Positions 49,207 to 60,482 of a stretch of DNA of 64,000 nt are shown one piece after another. The DNA lies in the IMG/VR virus record IMGVR_UViG_3300032294_002612, positions 31,732-95,731 of that record; one strand, written 5' to 3'. The translations under genes were made by a program, and so were the position numbers. Every line of letters begins with the position of its first letter. Positions within the stretch are counted from its first letter, which is position 1. The notes beneath the pieces are model-generated. The model ran no database searches, had not been told where the DNA came from, and saw only the letters and a list, made by a program, of their open reading frames with translations. The DNA comes from a virus.

Positions 49207-51409
49207 TTATAGATATCTTACACCCAGCCAATAAACTTTATCAAGAAATTTTCTCAATAAGTCTACAGGGGCTAAAATTATTTTATTTTTTATAAATCTC
49301 CAGTATTTAGTATGGAAAATATATTTATTATACCAACGATTGCGGCGCTCTTCGTGTTTTTTCATGGTATTTTTTAAATCAATAATACGCACGGTAGCAT
49401 CACGAATTTCATAAGAAAGAACTTCTATATTTTCAAGCTTTCCGTTCGTAAATTTAGCAAGATAGTCTATTGTAACGTCTTTTGCTTTATCAGAAGATTC
49501 GTCTTCATAAACTGTTTCATAGAAATAAAAATTAAGAACACCATGGAAATCAGTTGGAACAACTTCTTCCTCAACGACCTCCATGTAACCTTTCAGATAG
49601 GCATCATCATCATCTTTCCACTCGTATTTTCTTTTACGCCAGTATAAAACTCCATCTTCATTCAAATAATAAAGGTCTAATAAATTTTCTAAATCTTTAG
49701 TTTGAAATTCTTGATTATAAGGATCTGGCATAACATCTACTACTTCCAATGGAAGTGGAAGCGGATAATTGCACTCTATTGAATCAAACATGCCCATTAT
49801 TTATTATCCTCCCATTCTGGCAAGTCAACAATTGGTAAAAAATATTGATCGATTTTTTCTTCAATTCTATTAAACCGAAATTCATTAGACATTAATACCC
49901 CTAATTGAATTATAAGGATAGATAAAATTGCAAACATTGTTACACGATCTTCTTTCATATTAATGAGTTCCATTCTGTTGTTGTTTACTCTCACCTTCAA
50001 TTACATCTAAACCTTCGAACGTTCTCTCTTCAGGGTCATCTTCCACAAAATCAAGATGGCTATTTTCTGGTAAAACGAACCCAATACTTTGTAAAAATCT
50101 TTCAAAGGCGTAAAGATGATCTCCGATTGTCGCCTCTTCACTGATTTCCATGCTTACATTGGGATAATTATTATGCGTTAAATCGCTCATATTTTGAACG
50201 ACTTTATAACTATGAAACCAATGAAGATCTTTCTTATTTTTATTTATCATAATATTTTAATGACTCCTCTAACGTATTTGAAATAACTTCATTCACAGAT
50301 ATGTCTTTTTCGCAAGACTCTTGAATGAGAAAGAGTAGTAATTCTTTCGGCCAGCTATCTATATCTAATTCCATTTTAACAAATGGCTCTAAAGTAATAG
50401 CTTTAGTTTCCTCATCGAATTTAAAAGAAAGTTTTTGACCTTCTTCCCACCCAAGCTCGGTCATTTCTTCATCCGAAAATTGGATGAAAAGTTCTTTTTT
50501 TTCTTGGACTTTTTTATATTTTTCCATACCTTATTATCTATGAATTTTGTGGCGCTGTCAATAAATATTTATCGCTAATTTGTATTTTATAATGTCTATA
50601 AAAATAGAGTGTTTCTTTTATATCTAGTTGATTATGAAACTCTTGCCAGAGAAGATCAACTAAAAGAGCCGCGACATCTTCGTAAAGAAAAAACCTATCT
50701 GATAAAAGAATGGGCTCAAGTCCCACGTTTTGATTGGCAATTTGTTGCAAGTATCTTTCGATATTTTGTCGCGCCGCTTTCCATTTTGGGTCAAGCGATT
50801 CGATTTTGGTTTCTTTTGCGAGTTGGTTTTTAAAATTTGGGTCGATGGCATTTTTTAAATTATCTACTAATTGTTGATACAGATTTATTGTTTGTTCCAT
50901 ATTTAAGCTTTCCTATTTCAAAAATAAACCTTCCTACATATAAACTGTATTTTTGATACATTCTATTATTAACTTTTATACATTTAAATTCGGAATGTGT
51001 ATTCCACCAGATAAGAATGTGATATCCAAAGATATCACAATTTTTAAGATTAATTATTTTAGTCATGCGGCAAAAGATATTTATACATTTCAATACAATT
51101 ATAAAAATGATCACTTGATTGCCAATCACGCGCATTTACATTTTCCTCATAGAATTCTTCATGTTCTTCCAACTTATTCTTGAGTTCGTTAATCTTACCT
51201 TCTGACAAATTCATACGAATAAAATCTAGAACATGTTCGGCCTCTTGATCTGTTAAATGAAACTCAACTCTTCCACCGTCAAACTTTGAACCATAATTAA
51301 ATTCAAATTTAATTTCTACATCTGGATTAAAACCTTCAAAAGATTTATCACTAAAATCGGAAAAATATTCTGCACGCTCTTCTTGTTTAGGTCGGGTTAT
51401 TTTTTTCAT
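49207..51409 (-). CDS. Cluster of hypothetical proteins (49207-49797, 49797-50000, 49960-50250, 50240-50527, 50538-50900, 51059-51409)
   Basis: Head-to-tail minus-strand ORFs. Confidence 0.6.
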
Positions 51410-51990
51410 AGAAAATACTGAAAGTATTTACTATTTATATCAAAATATTCATCAACTGTCAAGAACTTTGTCGGCATATTATTATAAATTTTTGGATTTT
51501 CATATGGCTTCGGATACCAAGCCTTATTAACAAAAGCATAAGTATAAGAAAAAAGATATGAATTTGCCTTTTGTATATATTGTTTTTTATTAAAACGAAT
51601 TTTGTATTTTTGCATTTTTGCAACGGTCCTTTTTTCACAATCCATCTCAAGATTGATCGCATTTTTGAAACCTTTTTCTAGGGTTTTTTTTGACAAGTTT
51701 TTACCATGAATCCAGTCTTCAACAATAAATAAAGAATCTTTATCTGGAATCCAAACTGGTGGACCCTCCAACATTTGATCCAAGTGACAAGATTCGTGAA
51801 CAAGAATATCAAGCCAGTCCTGCATTTTTTCTTTTTTTGTGGCGACTGCAAGCGTTTGTTCATCAAAGTACCCACTACATGGAATATTTTCTTGATCAAC
51901 TTGGTCCGTATATTCTAAACGAAAATTAATCCCATGACTAATACATTGAGTCATAATATCAGATATTAATTTTTGTATATTTTTATTCAT
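51406..51990 (-). CDS. Zincin-like HExxH protein
   Basis: ILVHESCHLDQ...LEMDCEKR. Confidence 0.6.
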   Translation of the reverse strand: MNKNIQKLISDIMTQCISHGINFRLEYTDQVDQENIPCSGYFDEQTLAVATKKEKMQDWLDILVHESCHLDQMLEGPPVWIPDKDSLFIVEDWIHGKNLSKKTLEKGFKNAINLEMDCEKRTVAKMQKYKIRFNKKQYIQKANSYLFSYTYAFVNKAWYPKPYENPKIYNNMPTKFLTVDEYFDINSKYFQYFL

Positions 51991-52775
51991 CGTATTCTAT
52001 ATGTTGTTAAGCGGCCGTCACGAATGATTGCGTAGTCTTTAAGATTAGTATCTAAATTCCAGCTTTCATATTCGGTATTCAATGCCGTAGCGGTTGGCTC
52101 TGGCACATAACTATGCCCAAAAACCTGCTTACCAATATCCGGAGAAGCAAAAAACTCATTATAGTAATCAAGCCATAAAAGTCCACCAGTATTATCTTGA
52201 CCCCCGCGAGCAATACCTACCGCAGAAATTAATGCGTTCTGACGGTAAGCAACGTTTCTAAAGTTAAGCCAAACATCTGGTATAACCTCATCAATTACTT
52301 GATTTACGGTGTGACCATATGGAATTTGACGATTAATCATTCCAGCATGAGAAAAAATCCATCCCTGCGAACGGTGTGCAATTTTAAAGTTTTTTACAAA
52401 CCAATCATCTTTAAGACCTTTATCGTAAAAGACTTGACGGAAAGTACCAATTTTACTTTTAGTAACTCCTGAACACCAATAGGTTATACTTGGCGCAACG
52501 CTAGTATAGCCGCCTTTTTTATTATTATAAATATAAGCAAGATCATGGTTTCCGACAAGAAAAACCATTTTACCAGTTTTTTCGTTTTCCCAGACAAGGT
52601 CTCGCAAAAATAAACAGGTATCCTTAAAACTTGCTACTTTAGGTGGCTCATGGAAAGAATCAAACCAGTCGCCTAGAAAAACTATTTCATCAAATGAATC
52701 TAATTTTTCAATTTTAAAAATCTTATTAAGTCCAGCTAAATCTTGATGAATGTCCGGAATTATAAGAGTTTTCAT
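51987..52775 (-). CDS. Calcineurin-like metallophosphoesterase
   Basis: PDIHQ, FLGDWFD, VGNHD, FSHAG, FGHS. Confidence 0.88.
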   Translation of the reverse strand: MKTLIIPDIHQDLAGLNKIFKIEKLDSFDEIVFLGDWFDSFHEPPKVASFKDTCLFLRDLVWENEKTGKMVFLVGNHDLAYIYNNKKGGYTSVAPSITYWCSGVTKSKIGTFRQVFYDKGLKDDWFVKNFKIAHRSQGWIFSHAGMINRQIPYGHTVNQVIDEVIPDVWLNFRNVAYRQNALISAVGIARGGQDNTGGLLWLDYYNEFFASPDIGKQVFGHSYVPEPTATALNTEYESWNLDTNLKDYAIIRDGRLTTYRIR

Positions 52776-52777
52776 GG

Positions 52778-53434
52778 TTAAATATAGTTTAGTCTGATTT
52801 CTGCGTTTTCGTCAATTGTTATGTATGAACACAATTTTCTCTCACAGAAAGACCCCGTATTAACGTAACATCCTTCTATAGCTGGAAAATGCGAATGTCC
52901 ACATATTATATAGTCTTTTTTATTTAATGTACAATACTTTTTTGCATTATCCTTATAATAAGTTGCTTTACATACTAATTTGTGACAAGCATGGCGAACC
53001 CAACGGGCTAAATCAGGAAAATTTGTTCTCAGCCAGTAATAAAAATCAGTTGTTAAATCAGTTCTCCAGCGTTTTGTTGAAACAAAAAAATCAAAAATAT
53101 CACCATGTAAAAAAATAAATTTTTTCCCATTAATTGTTTCCTCATGCTCCAAACCAGTTTTAATTCCCAAAAGATGGGTCATGTGTTCCATATTAAGAAA
53201 ACAATGGTTACCTAATAAATAAATTACTTCACATTTTTTACTAACGCTACGTATAGTAGACAAAACACGCCAATGATTTTTCTTTAATCTCGAAAGATGT
53301 TTAGAATCAAAAAGATCGCCTACAATAATTATTTTTTCGGCTTTAATCTTTCTTAAAACGTTAATTACTTTTTTGGGTTGACAATCAGGATCGCCAAGGT
53401 GAATATCAGAGAATGCCAATATTTTACATTGCAT
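52778..53434 (-). CDS. LpxH-like (UDP-2,3-diacylglucosamine hydrolase family) metallophosphoesterase
   Basis: SDIHLG, VGDLFD, LGNHC, FLHGDIFD, CGHSHFP, NTGSF. Confidence 0.75.
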   Translation of the reverse strand: MQCKILAFSDIHLGDPDCQPKKVINVLRKIKAEKIIIVGDLFDSKHLSRLKKNHWRVLSTIRSVSKKCEVIYLLGNHCFLNMEHMTHLLGIKTGLEHEETINGKKFIFLHGDIFDFFVSTKRWRTDLTTDFYYWLRTNFPDLARWVRHACHKLVCKATYYKDNAKKYCTLNKKDYIICGHSHFPAIEGCYVNTGSFCERKLCSYITIDENAEIRLNYI

Positions 53435-53447
53435 TCATATAATTACA

Positions 53448-54875
53448 TCAATCTTTACCCCAAAGGAATATAACATTTTCGTAATGTGAGAAATCTTTTT
53501 CTAATCCGGGCTTTAAAACTTGTTCCCATATTTTATACCTATTGGCTAACCCACCGCCTAATTGGGAAATATAATAAATTTTATCGGGATTTTTTTCAAT
53601 AACCAGTTGTAACTCAATAGATTGAACGGTAAAATCAATCCTGTAACTTTCAGGGCGAAAAAAAGATTCATCCATATTATCTGGATTTTTTTTAGTTATA
53701 AACCCGTATGTTTGTGGGTGATCTCTTAAAGCCGCCGCGCCACCATAACCTACCCGACGAAGATTATCACCAAAGACAAATACAGCATTCGGATTTTTGT
53801 CTAAAAAATCTTTTGTAACAATAAAATTTTCGTATTTAGCCATATCATCCAAGCCCAAAGTTAATTACACCTTTAAACTTTTCTGGCTTTTTTATTTCTT
53901 TCCATTTCATGGTTTCAAAATCAGCTTCAAACCATGACTCTTCAAATTCATCAGACATAGCATAAATACCTTCAGATACTTTTTCAATTATTAAATATTT
54001 ATACAAGCCACCCTCATCAAGACCATTAATTCCAAATTTTTCTATAAAATGCAGGGCATCACTATACCGAGTATAAAAACCAATGCACCGACAACGCTCT
54101 CCAGATTTTTCTGGAACCATTGTAATTGTATAAATTGATTCTGATTTATTATCAAACTGACGAGTTTCTAGAAGCGTATTGTGATTATAAAGAACTTCGT
54201 ACTTTGGAGAATCTTCACTCATGTCCAAAAATATTGTCTATATTTTATAGTTTCTGTCAAGATTTTTGTGTCTTTATTCCTGATTAAATCTTCAATACGG
54301 TGAACTTCAGCATATTCTTTTTCATATGAATCTCGAGTTACTTCAGTAAGACGTTTCAGACTTAAAGGTGGATAGGCTGCATCCAAATCTTTTTGGAGTT
54401 GCGGCCTTTCAACGGTTACATAATGATAAGCTTTTTCTAGCCATTTTGCAAATTTTGAACATTCATCTCCACTCGCTTTCCAATCAACAATTCCGTTTTT
54501 ATATTCATCTTCGTAAAACCCTTTAATAAAGGCGAAATTTACGTCTTCAATAAGCATGCAAACATCTACCCAAGTATTAGGAATCGCTGCACGATATTTT
54601 TTATTTTTGGGCTTAATAAAACATTTAAATTCATACCAAGCATTACGAATTTGATATGGAATATAAAGACTAATATCTTTTTTAAACATTAGCCATCTAA
54701 GCCAAATATTAATATTAAACCAACTTTTCCAAGTAGATTTGTATTCAAGAGGGTCAATTATATTAATTTTTTTGACACTTGCTGCGAAATCTTTAACATC
54801 TGTTTTTATTTTTTCTACCTTGCGAGTAGTTTGAACAGTTTTATTTGGTTTAATTTTTACTTGCTTCTTTTTCAT
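53448..54875 (-). CDS. Three hypothetical proteins (53448-53858 with FVFGDN...GGAA macro-like motif; 53845-54228; 54219-54875)
   Basis: Coupled ORFs. Confidence 0.6.
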
Positions 54876-56029
54876 GGCATAAATCCTATCTTTGGTTTTT
54901 CTAAACTTTTAATATTACTAATAAGTTCTTCGTCACTTTTTGCATAATAAATATCTGCAAGAGTCATATTATCTTCTGCTTTGATATCAATGTCAAGTTT
55001 TTTAATAAGTTTCGCAGCCTGTTTCTCGTTAAGACCTTGGAATGAATACTCTGCTTTTAAACGCCCCTTTCTTAGAAGGGCTTCATCAATATCTTGACGA
55101 TCACAATTATAGGTGACAATCACATTCAATTTAAGAACGTCGCCCAGAATACCATCGGTCATATTTAGAAGAGTTGATACAAGAGAGGGTTGATCTGAAA
55201 GATGACGCTTGGTAAGTGCTTTTTCGGCATCTTCAAGAATCATAACACAATCAGTTTTTTTCTTCAGTAGGCTTAAGATCGACGGATTAGTAATTTCATC
55301 CACAAAAGAAGTTGGAAAGAAAATAACGTCTTTCTTAAGAATTGATGCCAAGTATCTTATGTAAGTTGTTTTTCCAGTCCCAGGTCTGCCATGAAGCATG
55401 TAAAGTCCAGATGAATTTTCATGAAGTGATTTAATCATTTTTTCACTTACTGACTCAAAGCCTTCTCCATAGTTCAATCCAATATCAAAAGTTTCTGGTA
55501 AGTTAATATTGAATTTTGAAAAATTAAAATTACCATAATCTTGGTTGACCATGAAAATATTTGGACGTTTATCTGTATCCATAAACTCTCTAAATTCTTC
55601 ATCTACACATTGTTTGCTGGTAGGATAATAAAACATTAATTTGCATTTATCTTTATCACGCCCACTTTCAGAATTAATTTGTATAAAATTATCTTTATAG
55701 AAGTAAATTGAACCGTCTTCATAATCAAAGCTAGGAAGAATAACCTCCCCACCAATCATGAATGGTTCTTCGCCTTCTTCTTGTTCTAATTCTTCGATAG
55801 TTTTTGAAATTAAAACTTCTTCACCAATTTGAACAAGTTGACCGCCATTTTTATTAAGATAGTCAATAATTTTATCTTTAAAGAAATTTTCTCTATATCT
55901 TTTATATGATGGCATGTCCCCCTCATACAAGGAAGTAATTAAAGCGATTGGATTGAGGAATTCAGAATGGAATAATCCAGCTAGAGTTAATTCGGGTAAT
56001 TTAGATTTTGGAATTCTATATGAGTTCAT
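54872..56029 (-). CDS. AAA+ ATPase
   Basis: Walker A GRPGTGKT, Walker B MILEDAE, SRH DEALLRKGRL. Confidence 0.9.
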   Translation of the reverse strand: MNSYRIPKSKLPELTLAGLFHSEFLNPIALITSLYEGDMPSYKRYRENFFKDKIIDYLNKNGGQLVQIGEEVLISKTIEELEQEEGEEPFMIGGEVILPSFDYEDGSIYFYKDNFIQINSESGRDKDKCKLMFYYPTSKQCVDEEFREFMDTDKRPNIFMVNQDYGNFNFSKFNINLPETFDIGLNYGEGFESVSEKMIKSLHENSSGLYMLHGRPGTGKTTYIRYLASILKKDVIFFPTSFVDEITNPSILSLLKKKTDCVMILEDAEKALTKRHLSDQPSLVSTLLNMTDGILGDVLKLNVIVTYNCDRQDIDEALLRKGRLKAEYSFQGLNEKQAAKLIKKLDIDIKAEDNMTLADIYYAKSDEELISNIKSLEKPKIGFMP

Positions 56030-56030
56030 A

Positions 56031-56219
56031 TTAAAAAGGATCTAAACCAAAAAATATAGAAAGAACTACTTCTACACATGCCCGTTTATGTAAACGGGCG
56101 CCTAAAGCAAGATGCAATTCGTTTTCACGCTGACGAGTTGAATCATTTGAGTAATATTTAACTAAAAGTTCCGCCATGCGTTTAATTTCTTTTTTTGTTG
56201 GTTTTTTGAATTTGCTCAT
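56031..56219 (-). CDS. Hypothetical protein
   Basis: 62-aa ORF. Confidence 0.45.
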   Translation of the reverse strand: MSKFKKPTKKEIKRMAELLVKYYSNDSTRQRENELHLALGARLHKRACVEVVLSIFFGLDPF

Positions 56220-56283
56220 AAGAGAACTTGCTTCACACGCTTTATTTATTATACATATAATTAATTAATAATCAAGAAGAAAG

Positions 56284-56365
56284 TGCTGATGATAGGAGTC
56301 GAACCTACACTTCCGAAGAAAACAGATCCTAAGTCTGTCGCGGCTGCCAATTACGCCACATCAGC
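56284..56365 (-). tRNA. tRNA-Leu(TAG)
   Basis: ACAGA-CTTAGGA-TCTGT; long variable arm. Confidence 0.95.
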
Positions 56366-56369
56366 ATTT

Positions 56370-56442
56370 TGGAGGTGACAGGGCTCGAACCTGCTACCTT
56401 GACCTTGCAAAGGTCCTGCTCTACCAGATGAGCTACACCCCC
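56370..56442 (-). tRNA. tRNA-Ala(TGC)
   Basis: GGGGGTG acceptor with G3-U70; loop TTTGCAA. Confidence 0.95.
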
Positions 56443-56529
56443 TTAAATGTGAGCAGTTTACCCGCGACTGCTCAGGGAAAACCACAACCAGTGGAAAGTC
56501 GGCTCCTTTTATGAGATAATCCCAAAACG

Positions 56530-56601
56530 TACACGGTGAGGGATTTGAACCCCCGACCAACTGCGTGTAAAGCAGCCGCTCTACCACTGAGCTAACCGTG
56601 C
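56530..56601 (-). tRNA. tRNA-Val(TAC)
   Basis: GCTGC-TTTACAC-GCAGT. Confidence 0.93.
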
Positions 56602-56618
56602 ATAAAATTTTAAAGAAC

Positions 56619-56702
56619 TAGGAGCAATAGGATTCGAACCTACTCAGCCGATAGGCAAAAGATTTACAGTCTTTCGTAACTCTCCAACTTTACCGTACTC
56701 CT
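56619..56702 (-). tRNA. tRNA-Tyr(GTA)
   Basis: AAAGA-CTGTAAA-TCTTT; long variable arm. Confidence 0.93.
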
Positions 56703-56965
56703 TTTTGAAATTTAAACCAAGCGTAAACTAATATTATACACATTACTAACCCAACTGAGTAATTTGCAAACCACCAAATTCCGAACTGAGTTAAGAACAT
56801 GTACACCATTCCGGATATATAACCACAAATTGACATTAATATCAATGCCAAAGATACATCTTTAGATGATTGATTCTTAAAAATCTTTAAAATTTGAGGT
56901 ATATAACAAAACATAAAACTAATTGTCATTATTATACCAAATATTTGTGCCAATGTTTCTTTCAT
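56690..56965 (-). CDS. PQ-loop / SemiSWEET-like membrane protein
   Basis: Three TM helices; CYIPQILKIFKNQSSKDVSL; 3' end overlaps the tRNA-Tyr 5' end. Confidence 0.8.
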   Translation of the reverse strand: MKETLAQIFGIIMTISFMFCYIPQILKIFKNQSSKDVSLALILMSICGYISGMVYMFLTQFGIWWFANYSVGLVMCIILVYAWFKFQKGVR

Positions 56966-57384
56966 AAGTAAATTCGGGGTAATTTAAATTTCTTTTCAAA
57001 CCATTTTATAAGTTTTTTTCTTTCGCTTTTTAAATATGCGAAACGATATTGTCCAAATATTTTTCTCATCCCCCATGAGTCCCATTCACGCTTTGCCCAA
57101 TGCTCTACCCAGTTTTCAGCTTTAAACGATTTAATTGCGGAATAATCATGCTCTCGATGAAATTTTTTCCATAAACCTTTTCGTACGCAATAAATATGCC
57201 CCAATTCATGGAATACCGCTTCGGCCATTCCCTTCCGAGGCAATTTTTTATCTATATAAATAATTTCTTTTTCTACGTCTACTTCTCCATCTAACTCTTT
57301 ATCAAAACGAGTACGAAATACAACTTTAACCTCATATTGTAGGCAAATTTGTCGTAAAAAACGTATTGTTTTTTCTCTATTCAT
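56962..57384 (-). CDS. ImmA/IrrE-like HExxH metallopeptidase
   Basis: AVFHELGHIY...AENWVE. Confidence 0.6.
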   Translation of the reverse strand: MNREKTIRFLRQICLQYEVKVVFRTRFDKELDGEVDVEKEIIYIDKKLPRKGMAEAVFHELGHIYCVRKGLWKKFHREHDYSAIKSFKAENWVEHWAKREWDSWGMRKIFGQYRFAYLKSERKKLIKWFEKKFKLPRIYL

Positions 57385-57434
57385 GTTATTATTTTAATTT
57401 TTAAAATATAAACTATCCATTTTATGTGTAAATA

Positions 57435-57779
57435 ATGTTAATGAATCCGTCTCTTATTAAAACAGAATATTTAGCAACAGGCCAAACCGCTCCTTTCACT
57501 GGTCAATGGGTTAATACCGCCCTCTGTAAAAACGGTTTTATTGTAGTTTATGCTAGCGGATCAAGCATAAGTATTGATTTACAAGCCAAAACGCAATTAA
57601 ATCAACACCCCATTTTTCTAAATGGGGGCAGTGCCGAAGCTGTATCTTTTTATACAGCTACGGGAATCGGGGCTGGATATGGAGATCCAATATTTTTTGA
57701 CTCGCCAATCGCAGAAATTAGATTAGCAGCTACGGCTGGTAATGCCCCAGTATTTGCTTATATAACTTACCAAAACTAA
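57435..57779 (+). CDS. Hypothetical late (structural-like) protein
   Basis: G/A/T-rich beta protein; GTGTAAA at 57426. Confidence 0.55.
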   Translation: MLMNPSLIKTEYLATGQTAPFTGQWVNTALCKNGFIVVYASGSSISIDLQAKTQLNQHPIFLNGGSAEAVSFYTATGIGAGYGDPIFFDSPIAEIRLAATAGNAPVFAYITYQN

Positions 57780-58491
57780 TCTTCTGATTCTTCTTCTCGC
57801 TGGAGACGAGGTTTGAACCCAGATTTTCTTTTATTAAGATAAGCCATATTTGGCTCAACTTTATAATCTGGATGATCACTGTGCATTTGTGAGTCTTCTA
57901 CAGACCACATTCCCATAAAAGTCCATTTCATTTTTTTATCAAGCTTTTTCCAAAGCTCGCTACTTTTTAATACTTGCATAGATGGCCAATACATAATACT
58001 TATTATCCTAATAATTTTTTAAAAAGTCCAGTCTTTTTTTTATTCTCGCTTTCAATAAACACATTAAAATAATCAAAAATTCCTTTATTCCATACTAATA
58101 AATAATGAAAAGCTTCAATTGCTTCTATCATTCCCATACTCATAATTTCTTCATTAATAATACGCTCATGCTCTTCAAAATGACCCATGAAGTCATATAA
58201 GTAATCAAGAACTTTTTGTTTATCTTCAAATACCGCAGAGTCAACCATTACTTCAGAAAACCACTGATTATCGATCTTTTTTTTAGATGATTTAAATACA
58301 CTACTAAATACAATATATTGTTTAGACTCTTTTAAATAAACACCAAATATAATGTAAAATAAATTTTTTGTTTTACGTTTATTAAATTTTTTTGAAATAT
58401 CTCCGACTAAACGCTTAGGTACTGCACCAAACATTACATCAAGATGTAACCCGTCTAGCTGTTCAATATTTAAAAGTTGTTCTAAATCCAT
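57776..58491 (-). CDS. Two hypothetical proteins (57776-57994, 58003-58491)
   Basis: Intact ORFs. Confidence 0.55.
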
Positions 58492-58571
58492 GATTATAAA
58501 TTATTATAATTAATAATGTTATTAAAATATAAAAAAAGTAGAAATATAAATTTTCGAGTGTAATATAACTT

Positions 58572-59132
58572 ATGCCTAATTTACTTCCGTTTAGAGACTA
58601 TAGTGAACATGAAGTTTTAAACTTTTTTGCCTGTAATACAGTGGCAAATAAAGGAACCCTTGTTGCTCCAGTTACTAATCCAATAAGCGGATCTGGACCA
58701 TTAAATTTATCATCTAATGCTCCTGGAGCTATATATCCAAATTCTGTAACGAATAATTTTGATTTAATTGGAACTGTAACTCCAGTAGTTAATTATTCAG
58801 GGGTTCCAACTGCTATCGGAATATTGTTAAAAGATGTTCGTGAATTTGATGAAAATGGTGAAAAATTAATTTTTAACTCTAGAAAAGCAGCTGAAATGGA
58901 TGTAATAATTAAAGATATTCAGTCTACCCCAATTTTAACTAGGGGATTAGTAGTTACTAATGATATTGATACGACTGATCGTGGTGGTGGCGGCGGACTA
59001 CCAGCAATAGGTGATGCCGCCTATGTCGGAAATAGTGGCCGAATGGCAACTGATGGAGTTGTTGTTATTGGTAAATTCCTTAGTAGCTTAGACCAAAATG
59101 GTTACGCTTTAGTTAAAGTTGATTTCGTTTAA
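58572..59132 (+). CDS. Putative head decoration or structural protein
   Basis: G/V/A-rich beta protein ending GKFLSSLDQNGYALVKVDF; GTGTAAT at 58558. Confidence 0.5.
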   Translation: MPNLLPFRDYSEHEVLNFFACNTVANKGTLVAPVTNPISGSGPLNLSSNAPGAIYPNSVTNNFDLIGTVTPVVNYSGVPTAIGILLKDVREFDENGEKLIFNSRKAAEMDVIIKDIQSTPILTRGLVVTNDIDTTDRGGGGGLPAIGDAAYVGNSGRMATDGVVVIGKFLSSLDQNGYALVKVDFV

Positions 59133-59752
59133 TAACCAAAAGCTTCAAGTGTATATTTAAAAGGATTCCCTTCAATATTCTTTACGAGTTCTAGCATCGT
59201 GGATGCTATTTCTCTGATCTCTTTTTGCGCGTCCTCTTTATTGCGAAGTTCTAAAAAATGATAGAATGATCTCCAATTAAACATTACATCTGCTTGAATC
59301 TGTGAATTATAACCTTTAAAATATCTTGCACTTTCTTTGGCGCGTTTGCGTCCAAGAATAGGGGTAAGTTCTTCAAGACATTGATGATAATAATTATTCC
59401 CTTGTTCGGTATATTCTTTAAGTATATTTGCCCAACTATTAACAGGCCAATCTTCTGGAATTAAATATTTATCTTCTTTAATTTCTTTATATCTTGCGCT
59501 TTCACCGTTAACAGAAACTCCGACCCTATGTTTTATCAAATGAATATGGCTAGCGATATCGCAGTTAACGAGAAAATGCAGTGAAGATTTTTCAAATGGG
59601 GTATGATGGCCAGCAGTAGCAAGCATTCTTAATAGACTGGGGATCCGCGCACGCTTTTCTTCTGTAATTTCTCTACTCGTTGAAGTCCAAGCTGAACAAG
59701 CGTGAACGTCATCTGAACCATAATAACCAATTAATTCCACAGTATTATTCAT
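59129..59752 (-). CDS. thyX: FAD-dependent thymidylate synthase
   Basis: GHHTPFE, ThyX motif variant IKHRVGVSVNGESARY, NWRSFYHFLELR...AQKEIR. Confidence 0.92.
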   Translation of the reverse strand: MNNTVELIGYYGSDDVHACSAWTSTSREITEEKRARIPSLLRMLATAGHHTPFEKSSLHFLVNCDIASHIHLIKHRVGVSVNGESARYKEIKEDKYLIPEDWPVNSWANILKEYTEQGNNYYHQCLEELTPILGRKRAKESARYFKGYNSQIQADVMFNWRSFYHFLELRNKEDAQKEIREIASTMLELVKNIEGNPFKYTLEAFGY

Positions 59753-59786
59753 TATGAATGAATGATATAATTAAATTAATTAAAAC

Positions 59787-60482
59787 TCAAGACTTATCTT
59801 TATTAGGTTCAAATTGATAAAAATAAAGCTCTTCTTCACCAGCAAACCAGCGACTACCAGTTTGTTCGCAAGAGAATTCTTTACCAAATACTTTCCATTT
59901 TTCGTGACCTTTTAATTCAGAACCAATCCAAGCGCCACCATCACGCCAAACAATACGATTACCAGGTTGAATAAAATATTGACCACCTTCGCCTATTAAT
60001 AAATGACCTTGCTTATGACCACCAGGATTTTCACTCTGACCAGTTCTAAATTCTGGGCCATAAATCCAATCGAATGTCATTAAATAAATTGCATTATGCC
60101 AAGTCTTATCTTTTAAAACTATTTTGCAAGCACTATTTTTTAAATATTCATACTTAATACATGATACATATGGAGAAAAACTATCCCATAACTGAAGCCA
60201 ATCTAAAGGATAAGTGGTCAAGTTTTTCTCTGGAAGCTTATCATTTAAGTAATGGATTGGTACTCTAGTATGAATACTCCCCATTTCAGTCATCACTGAA
60301 AAAAGTCCACACCTTCTATTAATAGAAGTAAACCCAAAAACTTCAACAGGTAAAAACTCTTTAGTCTCTCTCGGATTTTTATTATATAAAAAACTTGTAT
60401 CTAAATATGACGTAAATAAAGGAATATCTGTATTAATATAACTCATTTGCGTGTAATATATAATATCATACGTTTTTACCAT
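59787..60482 (-). CDS. Conserved phage hypothetical protein
   Basis: 231-aa ORF; no functional motif recognised. Confidence 0.6.
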   Translation of the reverse strand: MVKTYDIIYYTQMSYINTDIPLFTSYLDTSFLYNKNPRETKEFLPVEVFGFTSINRRCGLFSVMTEMGSIHTRVPIHYLNDKLPEKNLTTYPLDWLQLWDSFSPYVSCIKYEYLKNSACKIVLKDKTWHNAIYLMTFDWIYGPEFRTGQSENPGGHKQGHLLIGEGGQYFIQPGNRIVWRDGGAWIGSELKGHEKWKVFGKEFSCEQTGSRWFAGEEELYFYQFEPNKDKS

